Source of the DNA: an uncultured Pseudomonadota bacterium
GTDB lineage: Bacteria; Oederibacteriota; Muellerivitia; Muellerivitales; Muellerivitaceae
Length of the DNA: 64,000 nt
Assembly: GCA_963770835.1 (NCBI GenBank)
Contig: CAVYRH010000026.1
Location: forward strand, 672,001-736,000
Direction: 5' to 3'
Part shown: piece by piece, positions 43,805 to 53,308 of the stretch
How the letters are laid out: each line of letters opens with the position of its first letter
Position numbering within the stretch: the stretch's first letter is position 1
Position numbers and translations under genes: made by a program
The notes under the pieces: generated by a model
What the model saw: only the letters and a program-made list of their open reading frames with translations
Database searches by the model: none
What the model was told of the DNA's origin: nothing

Positions 43805-46800
43805 ATGAATTTAACCGGTTTAATAAAATCCAAAGAGTTCTTATCTTTTGGCTTGGCCATGGGTTTATTGGTTTTGGCTTTTTTCCCAAACCGAGCCTGG
43901 GCCCAATGTACTCCCACATCCGCCACTCTCTGCGTTTCCAGCGACGATTATTCGGACGCTTACGTGGGTGGAACGCTGATCGGCAACTTCCCCTACGCGG
44001 GCGCACCTGGAACGGGCGGCGCGGGTAATCCAACCTGCATGACCGTGTCGACAGCGCTTTTAACCGGCTCGCAGGTCTGTCTGGCTATTTACACACAAAA
44101 CACCGCTCCCCAGGATACCTTTTCTTCCTGGGACCTGGACATCACCTGCTCGGGCGGCACCCATTCGGAGATCACGAGTGGCAGCGGGGGACTCTCCGTA
44201 GATTATTTCCCGAATGGTTGTAATCCCTGCGGTCCTCCCGCCAATGACGGTTCCGGTAACGCCTGGTACAGCACCGCTTACACGGATTCGGGCGGGCTTT
44301 TCAGCACTTCCTATTGCTCCGGTGGAGTGACGGCTTCCACTTGGGCTAGCGCTTTGTACAACCCCGTCACCGGCCAAAGGCTCCCCTTTATTGCCAATAA
44401 TTGTTCGGGGGACTATGGAACCTCCACCGGCGCTCTCTTTTGGCGACAATGCGTACCTATTCCCACTCCCGCTCCAACGATCGGGCCACCCAATTTCACC
44501 ATCACCAAGGCCCAGGCTGGAGCTCCGGTTACTAATTCACCCAACAGCGGCGATTTGACGATCGATTACACCATTACGATCTGCAATTCGGGCGGGCCCG
44601 TTACCAATGGAGGGGTCACTGTCACCGACAACATGCTGGTTAATGCATCGTCTTGCAATGGTTTCCAATTTTCCTGTTTCGGTTACGGGGATGCAAACGA
44701 ACCCTATACCATCTGTTATTACTCCCCGTCTAACGCACAGGCCAATGAGCCGACCGCCAACAGTAATAGCTTGATATTTCCTAGCTTCCCCGGCAGCGCC
44801 TGCGCCACAATCACGGCACAATTGATCGATTATTATGACCCCGTCCCGAACTGTGGATTGACAGTGGTGGACCAAGCCGCATTGACGTGGCCGTCCAACA
44901 GCAAAAACTCCGGCTCAGTCACCTATATCCAACTGTTGCCGACTCCGACTTTTACCTTTACCAATACACCAACTTTTACCTTTACTCCTACTCCCACTTT
45001 TACGCGGACCTTTACTCCCACGCCAACCAATACGCCAACCGTTGCTACACCTACTTTTACCCATACTCCCACTCCTACCAATACTTATACCAATACTCCG
45101 ACACGGACTTTCACGCCGACTAATACGTTCACCAATACTTTCACCAATACGCCCACTAACACGAACACCCCCACGCCTACCCCGACGAAGACCCCCACTC
45201 CCACTTCCACTAATACTCCGACCCCCACTAACACAGTGGCGAATACCCCAACCCCCACCAATACACCCACCAAGACCCCCACCAACACCTTCACCCCTAC
45301 TGTCACCCCCACGAATACCCCAACAAGGACACCCACGGCCACGCCCACTAACACCTTGATAAATACACCGACACCCACCAACACCCCCACCAATACCCTA
45401 ACGAAGACCTCCACCAATACCCCGACCAACACCCCTACACCCACCAACACTCCCACGGCGACGCCCACCAATACCTTCGTGAACACGCCGACACCCACCA
45501 ACACACCCACCAAAACGCCGACGAATACACCCACCAACACCCCAACCAACACCTTTACGCCTACCAACACACCCACCAATACCGCCACCGCCACTCCCAC
45601 TAATACCTTCATCAATTCACCCACGCCCACCAATACGCCCACCAAAACCCCAACAGCTACGCCTACCGCCACCCCGACGAACACCTTCACTCCCACGGCC
45701 ACCCCGACCAATACCGCCACCGCCACTCCCACTAATACCTTCATTAATTCTCCCACGCCAACCAATACCCCCACCGTGACAGCCACCTACACCCCAACCA
45801 ACACGCCCACCTTGACCGATACCTTTACCCCCACCCGAACAGTTACGAATACCGCCACCAATACCCCCACCGCCACGCCCAGCAACACCTACACTCCCTC
45901 GAACACACCCACCAATACCGCCACCGCCACTCCCACCGATACCTTCGTGAACACGCCCACCCCAACCAATACCCCCACCGACACCAACACTTCAACGCCC
46001 ACCGCCACTGCGACCAATACCCCCACAGTGACGGCTACCTTTACGCCGACCAATACGCCCACTAGTACGAATACTTACACCCCCACGGCCACGCCCACGG
46101 ATACCCCCACCCCCACCCCGACGGATACGCTGGCCAACACCGCCACGAATACGGCCACCAAGACCCCCACCGCCACACCCACTAACACGAACACTTCAAC
46201 GCCCACGGCCACACTGACCAATACCCCCACGGTAACGGCCACCTATACGCCGACCAACACCACTACCAATACCAGTACTTCCACCCCCACGGCCTCCCCG
46301 ACCAATACACCTACAATGACCGATACCTTCACGCCGACGAATACGGCCACCAACACGAGGACCAACACCCCCACCCTGACGGCCACCAATACCCCCACCC
46401 TGACCGCGACCTGGACCCCTACCCTCACCCCCACGCCCACTCCGCCGCTGAATGTGACCTTCCAGAAGCAGGTAGTCCCCACGACGGCCCAGTCCGGGAG
46501 CATTTTGAGCTATACCTTGCAGATCAATGTCACTTCGAACTCGGCCAACGGGGTGGTGGTGACGGACACCCTGCCGGCCAACGTGTCGTTCGTGGCTTTT
46601 GGTTCAGCGCCCTCTGGAACGACGACTTCCTTTATCCCCGCCACGTCGCAGTTGAGCTGGACGCTTCCGGCCAGCCTCGCGCCGGGGAACTACCAGTTGT
46701 CCTACCAGACGAAGGTGAATAACTTTGTGGCAGCGGGGACACCGGTGGTCAACGGGGCCCAGCTGACCTACCCGGGTCTGTCGGCGCCATTGAACAGCAG

Positions 46801-47740
46801 CGTGTTGGTGGCCATCATCGGGCAGTACACGGTAAGGATCGATGTTTATAACGAAGCGGGAGAAGTGGTGAAGCAGATCTATACCCAGCAGCTTTCCCAA
46901 CCGATCAACAACATTGCCATTGAGTCAAGCGATTCCATCACCAGCCTGCATGGTGCGGATAACGCGGTGACGGTGTATTACCAGGGCATTGCCATCGCGA
47001 CCTGGAATGGGACAACTTCCAACGGCGATCCGGCCTCCAACGGGGTCTATTACATCAAGGTGGACAATATCGACAGTTCGGGAACGGTGAACAGCACGAC
47101 CCAGCAGGTGACGGTGAGCCGGTCACTGGCGACGTCGACGATCCTCATCTACAACGAAGCGGGGGAGGAAGTGAAGAACCTGGTGACTTATTACGATGAT
47201 CCGGGCCAGGCGACGATATTGGGGGTGCAATTGTCCAGCGCGGTGATCGAGCCGGGAGGGCAAGGGGGCGGGGTGCCCAACCAGTTGAAAATCATCTTGA
47301 GTAGCGGAACAACAGTGGTGTGGGATGGCACGGGCAACAACGGGTCCTACGTGCAAAGCGGGCAATATTTCCTGGAAGTGCATACAACGAACGGAAACGG
47401 CAGTGAAACCACCGTGATCAAGCAGGTATCGGTGGATGGGCGCTCCACGGGAAGCGGGATGGGGGTGGTATCGGCGGTGCCGAACCTCCTGGGACGGGGC
47501 TCGTCGGTGGTGACCTTTCACAATAACTCCGCAATGGGCTTGTTGTTGAGGGTAAGCCTTTATGCGGTCGACGGTGAATTAATCGGACCGCCGGTTACGG
47601 GGGACAACGGGGCCAATCCGCCCCAATTGAACACCAGCGGTTTAGCCAGCGGCCTCTATCTCGCGGTGGTGGAGCTACAAAATGCCGCCAACGGCGGCCT
47701 CCTGGGCCGCCAGACTGTCAAAATCGTGGTCATCCACTAA
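43805..47740 (+). CDS. 1311-aa secreted protein: head homologous to 32147 gene, tail near-identical to 27614 gene
   Basis: [37 protein letters not shown]; last ~704 aa duplicated. Confidence 0.85.
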   Translation: MNLTGLIKSKEFLSFGLAMGLLVLAFFPNRAWAQCTPTSATLCVSSDDYSDAYVGGTLIGNFPYAGAPGTGGAGNPTCMTVSTALLTGSQVCLAIYTQNTAPQDTFSSWDLDITCSGGTHSEITSGSGGLSVDYFPNGCNPCGPPANDGSGNAWYSTAYTDSGGLFSTSYCSGGVTASTWASALYNPVTGQRLPFIANNCSGDYGTSTGALFWRQCVPIPTPAPTIGPPNFTITKAQAGAPVTNSPNSGDLTIDYTITICNSGGPVTNGGVTVTDNMLVNASSCNGFQFSCFGYGDANEPYTICYYSPSNAQANEPTANSNSLIFPSFPGSACATITAQLIDYYDPVPNCGLTVVDQAALTWPSNSKNSGSVTYIQLLPTPTFTFTNTPTFTFTPTPTFTRTFTPTPTNTPTVATPTFTHTPTPTNTYTNTPTRTFTPTNTFTNTFTNTPTNTNTPTPTPTKTPTPTSTNTPTPTNTVANTPTPTNTPTKTPTNTFTPTVTPTNTPTRTPTATPTNTLINTPTPTNTPTNTLTKTSTNTPTNTPTPTNTPTATPTNTFVNTPTPTNTPTKTPTNTPTNTPTNTFTPTNTPTNTATATPTNTFINSPTPTNTPTKTPTATPTATPTNTFTPTATPTNTATATPTNTFINSPTPTNTPTVTATYTPTNTPTLTDTFTPTRTVTNTATNTPTATPSNTYTPSNTPTNTATATPTDTFVNTPTPTNTPTDTNTSTPTATATNTPTVTATFTPTNTPTSTNTYTPTATPTDTPTPTPTDTLANTATNTATKTPTATPTNTNTSTPTATLTNTPTVTATYTPTNTTTNTSTSTPTASPTNTPTMTDTFTPTNTATNTRTNTPTLTATNTPTLTATWTPTLTPTPTPPLNVTFQKQVVPTTAQSGSILSYTLQINVTSNSANGVVVTDTLPANVSFVAFGSAPSGTTTSFIPATSQLSWTLPASLAPGNYQLSYQTKVNNFVAAGTPVVNGAQLTYPGLSAPLNSSVLVAIIGQYTVRIDVYNEAGEVVKQIYTQQLSQPINNIAIESSDSITSLHGADNAVTVYYQGIAIATWNGTTSNGDPASNGVYYIKVDNIDSSGTVNSTTQQVTVSRSLATSTILIYNEAGEEVKNLVTYYDDPGQATILGVQLSSAVIEPGGQGGGVPNQLKIILSSGTTVVWDGTGNNGSYVQSGQYFLEVHTTNGNGSETTVIKQVSVDGRSTGSGMGVVSAVPNLLGRGSSVVTFHNNSAMGLLLRVSLYAVDGELIGPPVTGDNGANPPQLNTSGLASGLYLAVVELQNAANGGLLGRQTVKIVVIH
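45626..47740 (+). repeat. copy 2 of the 2115-bp direct repeat
   Basis: Identity starts at CCCACCAATACGCCCACCAAAACC and ends at the TAA stop. Confidence 0.92.
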
Positions 47741-48070
47741 ACCGACTTATAGTTTATCCGGGTTCCGATTTTTTTCTTCCTTGTCGAAGAGACAAGACTT
47801 TAAAGAAACTAACCATCAACAGCCCGCAAGAGTCTTGAAAAATCTTGGTGGGCTGCTGTTCGGACCATCAAAATGGTTTATTGTTGTGATCTCCTCATCC
47901 TGGTTTCAAAACAAATCCACACCCCCTCGTTGTTTTCGTTAAAATTTTAGTAAAATATCAATTGGAAAAATTTCCTGTCTTCGCGGTAAACGATTCCTTT
48001 CGTTTCCGCCCCAATCGTAAAAGCGCGAAAGCCTTTACCGGCTTTTTAAATCAACGGCACGGAGCCATAA

Positions 48071-49096
48071 ATGGGTTCGAATCCAACTATCAAAGATGTT
48101 GCCAAAAAAGCGGGGGTTTCTATTACCACGGTTTCCTTTGTTTTGAATAACCGGTCGGACGTTGTTATCAGCGAACGGGTCAAAAAACGTGTTTTAAGAG
48201 TGGCCCGGGAGATGGATTATCATCCAAGCGCCATGGCTGCGGGACTGGCGGGGCGGCGCACCCGCAACCTCGGCGTCGTCTTCTACCTGGAAGATAAGAT
48301 CATTTCCAATCAGTTTTACTCTTTCGTCGTCGAAGGGATCGTGAAAGAAACAATTGGAAAGAATTTCAATCTTTTTTTTTCTTATATCGATTCGGCTTAT
48401 AGCGGCTATCAAAGCCTTCCCAAAATCATTCGGGAGAAAAACGTGGATGGGGTGCTTTTGATCGGTCGAAGCGAACCCCGGATGGTGGGCGATATCAAGG
48501 ATCGCCGCATTCCAGTCGTGGCGGTTGACAATTATCCTGCCCTCAAGGGAATCGACACAATTCAAATGGACAACCGGCAAGGTGCAATGCTCGCCACGGA
48601 ACATTTGATCCAGCTGGGACATAAAAATATCGGTTTTTTAACCGTTTCCGGTGGTCGTCCCAGCTTGGAAGAACGCAAAGAGGGTTGGCGTGCCGCTCAC
48701 GTTAAAAATAATTTGACCGCCAACAAGGATTACATTTTTGAAAGCGATTCCCTGACCTTTTTCGAAAGCTACGAGAAGTCCATAGGAATCCTGAAAAAGC
48801 AAAAGAGAATGACGGCTCTTTTTTGTGCCAACGACGAAATGGCGGCAGGCGCCCTGAGGGCGGCCCACGAAGTGGGGCGTTCCGTTCCGGGTGACATGAG
48901 TTTGGTGGGCTTCGACAACATCACCATGAGCAGTTATACTGCGCCTCCCCTCACCACTGTCAGCGTGGCCAAGGAATATATGGGGAAAATGGCGGTCGAC
49001 CGTATCCTGGAATTGGTTGAAAACAAGGAATTGACGCCAAAGCGCCTGGAAGTGCCGGTGGAACTTATTGTCCGGCAATCCACGGCCAAATGCTAA
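48071..49096 (+). CDS. LacI-family transcriptional regulator
   Basis: TIKDVAKKAGVSITTVSFVLN HTH; LIQLGH, FCANDEMA, VPGDMSLVGFDN, PPLTTV. Confidence 0.97.
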   Translation: MGSNPTIKDVAKKAGVSITTVSFVLNNRSDVVISERVKKRVLRVAREMDYHPSAMAAGLAGRRTRNLGVVFYLEDKIISNQFYSFVVEGIVKETIGKNFNLFFSYIDSAYSGYQSLPKIIREKNVDGVLLIGRSEPRMVGDIKDRRIPVVAVDNYPALKGIDTIQMDNRQGAMLATEHLIQLGHKNIGFLTVSGGRPSLEERKEGWRAAHVKNNLTANKDYIFESDSLTFFESYEKSIGILKKQKRMTALFCANDEMAAGALRAAHEVGRSVPGDMSLVGFDNITMSSYTAPPLTTVSVAKEYMGKMAVDRILELVENKELTPKRLEVPVELIVRQSTAKC

Positions 49097-49309
49097 AACG
49101 GCCATTGAAACATCGAAGATTTATCCCGGAAAAACGGATCGATTTATTCGCCTGGATTTCGTGATTGCAGCGTTTACCCAGTTTGCTGCGAAATTAACCC
49201 TCCTGAAATATCTTCAAAAAACTAAGGAAGATCATATTCCGTCCTTGCCATTGGGGTTTAAAAAAAGGAAGATAAAAGATCCTTATTCCAGAATGGACGG
49301 GAGGATTTC

Positions 49310-50041
49310 ATGCCTCGGAAGAAAAAAGTAGATACCGTGTCGACTGCCCCGAAAGCTCCTCCCAAAGCCAAACCGACAGCCAAAGCTAAGACCGCTCCCA
49401 AGATGCCACGAGCGACCACCAAGAAAATCAATCCACCTAAAACGCCCAAGGCCGTCCGGGTTCCAAAAGCGCTATCGGCTTCTAAGACAAGTTCCGAATG
49501 GAAAAAGCCTCCCCGCCAGGGAGAAACCCAAATGGTGGCCTTTATCCGGGACCCCCATTGCATTTTCACTTATTGGGAAGTCACTCCTCAAAGCATCGAG
49601 GAGGTGAAGAAACAATTGATGGGGGAATATAAGGAAAGCGCCATGGTTTTGCGGGTTTTTCGCACCGGGTCTGATGGACAAGCTGAATTAATCCAGGAGA
49701 TTCGCGTGGAACCAAGTGAGATGAACCGTTATGTTGAATTGAAGGAAGGGACATCGGGCAGTTATTTCATCGAGATCGCGCAAAAGGCCGTTTCCGGCCG
49801 AATTGTGGTTTACGCCCGGTCCAACAAAGTGATGACAGGCGCCTCCATGGGGTCCCAGGACGGCCCGCTGAATACTTCCGCTGCCCATTGGGAGACCCCG
49901 ACGGGTCTTTTAGAGTATTTTTCCGAGGTGGAAGAAACCGTTGATCCCATGCCCCTTCGGGGCCTATCCTCCACGGAAGCCCACCGGAAGGCCTTGCTGA
50001 GAAAGCAAATGGGCCGCTATTCCGCCTCCAGGATGGGCTGA
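49310..50041 (+). CDS. DUF4912-domain protein with Lys/Ala/Pro-rich N-terminus
   Basis: RDPHCIFTYWEV, VLRV, ARSN; upstream of a GH57 gene. Confidence 0.8.
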   Translation: MPRKKKVDTVSTAPKAPPKAKPTAKAKTAPKMPRATTKKINPPKTPKAVRVPKALSASKTSSEWKKPPRQGETQMVAFIRDPHCIFTYWEVTPQSIEEVKKQLMGEYKESAMVLRVFRTGSDGQAELIQEIRVEPSEMNRYVELKEGTSGSYFIEIAQKAVSGRIVVYARSNKVMTGASMGSQDGPLNTSAAHWETPTGLLEYFSEVEETVDPMPLRGLSSTEAHRKALLRKQMGRYSASRMG

Positions 50042-50088
50042 CGGCCCGAAAGAACAAAAATTCAGCTTGTTGATCAAGAAGGTTTCAT

Positions 50089-51720
50089 TTGTCCGATGCT
50101 TCCAGCGACATCGCCTCCCAACATTCTTCCCCACGCGGATACATTTCCCTAGTCCTCCATTGCCATCTTCCCTTCGTAAGGCATCCTGAGTACGAGCATT
50201 TTTTGGAAGAAAATTGGTATTACGAGGCGCTTTTCGAAACTTATCTTCCGCTCTTGGCTGTCTTCGAGGAATTGTCCCGAAAAGGAATTCCTTTTCGGAT
50301 GACCCTTTCGGTTTCCCCCACTTTCTTATCGATGTGCCTAGATCCGCTGCTTCAAAAAAGAGCAGTGCGTTATGTGGATCAACTCATCGGTTTGGCGCAT
50401 AAGGAAGAGAAAAGAATCCAGTCCTTCCCCGAATTTCGGCCGGCACTCCAAATGTACCTTGAAAAATTGGAGCGTTACCGGCGGGATTTTTTGGAAAACC
50501 ACCACTGCAACGTGGCTGAGGGTTTCAGGAAATTCCAGGATTCAGGGCAATTGGAAATCATTACTTGCGCCGCCACCCACGGCTTCCTACCGCTTTTGGG
50601 TGTGCGGGAAGCGGCGGTACGGGGACAAGTGGACGCGGCCCTTCGGCTGCATGAATCTTTTTTTGGGCGGAAACCCGCCGGTTTCTGGCTGCCGGAGTGC
50701 GGTTACCAACCGGGACTGGACAGCTTGTTGGGGGAGTACGGCCTTAAGTATTTCTTCGTCGAAACCCATGGCCTCTTGGAGGCCCAACCGCGGCCCAAAT
50801 ACGGCACCTTCGCCCCTATCCGTTGCCCTTCCGGGTTGGCCGCCTTTGGAAGGGATATGGAGAGCTCCAAGCAGGTTTGGAGCTCTAAAGAAGGTTATCC
50901 GGGCGACCCCGATTACCGGGAGTTTTATCGGGACGTAGGATTCGACCTCACCGAAAACGAACTTCATCCTTATCTTCAACCCGAAGGAATCCGACGGTTT
51001 ACGGGGTTAAAATATTACCGTGTTACCGGGCCCAGCGACCAAAAGGAGCCTTACGATCCGGCCCGGGCCCGCCGAAAGGCGGAGTCCCACGCCGTCGACT
51101 TCCTTTCCAACCGGAGGAGACAGGTGGCACTTATCTCCAAATGGATGGACCGGCCACCACTAGTGACCTGTATGTACGACGCGGAACTTTTCGGCCATTG
51201 GTGGTATGAGGGGCCCGATTTTCTTTACTTCCTTTTCGAGAAGAACCATCAGGAAGGGGACGGCCTTTCCTTTACCACGCCTTCGCCTTATCTGGCCGAA
51301 TTCCCCGAAAACCAGCCCAGCCAGCCTGTTTTTTCCTCCTGGGGATTGGGGGGATACGCGGAGTTTTGGCTGAACGAAACCAATGACTGGCTTTACCCCC
51401 CGCTTAGCGAAGCCTGCGACGAAATGACCCGTTTGGCCGACCACTTCCAGTGGGAGAAAGGAACACCCGAAAGGGCGATTTGCCAGGCTGCCCGGGAACT
51501 TCTTTTGGCCCAGGCCAGCGACTGGGCTTTCATGTTGAAAACCGGAAACCACCGGACTTACGCGGAAAGGCGCTTTAAAACCCATCTGGCCCGTTTTCAG
51601 CGGCTTTCCCAGCAAATTCGGCGGCGCAAAATCGACGAAAATTTCCTCTCCGACCTGGAGGAAAGGGACAACCTTTTTCCCGAGATCAACCCTGGGGCCT
51701 ATAAAAGCACCTTCAAATAA
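50089..51720 (+). CDS. GH57 1,4-alpha-glucan branching enzyme-like protein
   Basis: LHCHLPFV, ETYLPL, THGFLPL, WLPECGY, YDAELFGHWWYEG, ASDWAF. Confidence 0.93.
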   Translation: MSDASSDIASQHSSPRGYISLVLHCHLPFVRHPEYEHFLEENWYYEALFETYLPLLAVFEELSRKGIPFRMTLSVSPTFLSMCLDPLLQKRAVRYVDQLIGLAHKEEKRIQSFPEFRPALQMYLEKLERYRRDFLENHHCNVAEGFRKFQDSGQLEIITCAATHGFLPLLGVREAAVRGQVDAALRLHESFFGRKPAGFWLPECGYQPGLDSLLGEYGLKYFFVETHGLLEAQPRPKYGTFAPIRCPSGLAAFGRDMESSKQVWSSKEGYPGDPDYREFYRDVGFDLTENELHPYLQPEGIRRFTGLKYYRVTGPSDQKEPYDPARARRKAESHAVDFLSNRRRQVALISKWMDRPPLVTCMYDAELFGHWWYEGPDFLYFLFEKNHQEGDGLSFTTPSPYLAEFPENQPSQPVFSSWGLGGYAEFWLNETNDWLYPPLSEACDEMTRLADHFQWEKGTPERAICQAARELLLAQASDWAFMLKTGNHRTYAERRFKTHLARFQRLSQQIRRRKIDENFLSDLEERDNLFPEINPGAYKSTFK

Positions 51721-51852
51721 GCGGAAATATCTGCCCGCTGTCCCCATTCTTTCTTGAATTTTTTTGATTAAAAAACCTTCCACCGTTACAATAACGCCGC
51801 TTCGAGCCTTTGAGGTTCCTAGGGAAAATTTCCGTATTCCTTTTCGGGAGGG

Positions 51853-52797
51853 TTGGTTTTGAAAACAGTTATTGGCGTGGATTTAGGCGGGACAAACATC
51901 GTATCCGCCGTGGTGGATGAAAAAGGAAAAGTCCTGGGTAAAGACAAGCGCAAGACCATGGCCTCCTTGGGCGCGGCTGAGGTCCTTGACCGCATTGCCG
52001 AAAGTATCCATGCCGCCAGCCAGGTCAGTGGGCAGCCCTGGAAATCCCATTTGGCGGTGGGAATCGGTTCACCGGGCCCACTGGACCCCTTTAAAGGCGT
52101 GGTAATTTATACCCCCAACTTAGGCTGGAAAAACGTACCTATCGTGTCCATTCTGAAGAAAAAATTGGGAAAAAAAGTCATTCTCGAGAACGACGCCAAC
52201 CTGGCCGCATTGGGTGAAAGCTGGATCGGAGCGGGCCGCGGTGAGAAGGTTGTTTTGTGTGTAACGCTCGGCACCGGCGTGGGAGGGGGACTTATCCTCG
52301 ACGGGAAGATTTTCCAAGGCGCCACCGGTGTTAGCAACCATATCGGCCATATCGTGGTGGATCCCAACGGCCCGAAAGCGCCTTACGGTAACAGCGGCAT
52401 CTTGGAGCAATATGTCTCCGCTACGGGGATCGTGCGCTTAGCCACCGAAGCGGGGTTGAGACCTCCCGCCGGTGAGCCTTTGGAGGCCCACAGTTTCCAA
52501 AAAATGGCGGAGGCCGGTAACCGGAAGGCGCTTCAAGTTTACGCGGAAGCAGGCCGTATGTTGGGGGTTGGATTGACCACTGCCATCCACCTGTTAAATC
52601 CCAGCATGGTTATTTTTAGCGGCGGGGTGGCGGGAGCAGGAGACTTATTGTTGAAACCCATGATGAAAGAACTTCAAAAGCGCTGTTTCAAAAGCCATTT
52701 AAAAGGTTTGAAATTCAGGATGGCAAAATTGGAGGATAACATGGGAGCCGTCGGCGCGGCACGGTTAGCCTGGCAATCACTGAAAAAAACCACTTAA
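51853..52797 (+). CDS. ROK-family sugar kinase (glucokinase-like)
   Basis: GVDLGGT, GSPG, ENDANLAALGE, TLGTGVGGG, IGH. Confidence 0.92.
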   Translation: MVLKTVIGVDLGGTNIVSAVVDEKGKVLGKDKRKTMASLGAAEVLDRIAESIHAASQVSGQPWKSHLAVGIGSPGPLDPFKGVVIYTPNLGWKNVPIVSILKKKLGKKVILENDANLAALGESWIGAGRGEKVVLCVTLGTGVGGGLILDGKIFQGATGVSNHIGHIVVDPNGPKAPYGNSGILEQYVSATGIVRLATEAGLRPPAGEPLEAHSFQKMAEAGNRKALQVYAEAGRMLGVGLTTAIHLLNPSMVIFSGGVAGAGDLLLKPMMKELQKRCFKSHLKGLKFRMAKLEDNMGAVGAARLAWQSLKKTT

Positions 52798-52844
52798 AAC
52801 AGCGAATTAAGACCTTTCCACCCCCCCTTTCCCAATAAAAAAAG

Positions 52845-52873
52845 TTGCACTTGAAGGGGGCTGTGCTTAGAAT
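52845..52873 (+). promoter_or_regulatory. sigma70-like promoter
   Basis: TTGCAC-N17-TAGAAT with A-tract upstream. Confidence 0.65.
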
Positions 52874-52963
52874 ACCGGCTTTCAACGGCCTGGCGCTTGG
52901 GCGCTGGGCCGTTGTGTTGTTGAAATAGTGGTCGACCACTATTTTACTTTTAAGGAGGCTTTA

Positions 52964-53182
52964 ATGAAGCGTTTATTTGCCGCTTTGATGGTTGTGATGT
53001 TCATGGGCGTGACCGGCGTGGTTTTGGCGGATGATGCCACCATGTCCAGCACCCCGGCCGCTGCTGCTCCGGCCAAGGCTGAGAAGAAGGCCAAGAAGGC
53101 CAAGAAGGCGAAGAAAGCCAAGAAGGCCGCCGCTGCTGCGGATACTTCCGCCGCTCCTTCCACGACTCCGGCCGCCAAGTAA
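52964..53182 (+). CDS. small secreted Lys/Ala-rich low-complexity protein
   Basis: TAAGGAGG RBS; signal peptide ending VLA; KKAKKAKKAKKAKKA. Confidence 0.85.
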   Translation: MKRLFAALMVVMFMGVTGVVLADDATMSSTPAAAAPAKAEKKAKKAKKAKKAKKAAAAADTSAAPSTTPAAK

Positions 53183-53236
53183 TTACGGCGCCAAGTCAGC
53201 TGTGGTTTCAGGTTTCATGACCTGAAACTCCAAATC

Positions 53237-53271
53237 ATCGGGTGGATCGAAAGATCCACCCGATTTTTTTT
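53237..53271 (+). terminator. intrinsic terminator
   Basis: ATCGGGTGGATC-GAAA-GATCCACCCGAT then a T run; extra hairpin at 53205-53228. Confidence 0.9.
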
Positions 53272-53308
53272 GCCCACAAGCTTTTGGCCTGATGAAATTC
53301 GGAAGCGA

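Noticed and set aside
23780..46440. Repetitive ACC-rich tracts as CRISPR arrays
   Set aside because: No constant repeat with unique spacers, no cas genes; repeats are in-frame protein low complexity
14306..46503. Many Val/Gly-rich minus-strand ORFs resembling membrane proteins
   Set aside because: Antisense shadows of (Thr-X)n stalk codons; no RBS or independent motifs
29753..47740. Duplicate with an A/G difference as a diversity-generating retroelement TR/VR pair
   Set aside because: Far too long, one visible mismatch, no reverse transcriptase in the window
48073..48084. GGGTTCGAATCC tRNA T-loop-like motif (similar near 9105 and 27273)
   Set aside because: No cloverleaf; the 48073 copy is within the first codons of lacI
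49310..52797. DUF4912-GH57-ROK cluster as a novel system
   Set aside because: Familiar alpha-glucan metabolism neighbourhood with nothing unusual visible
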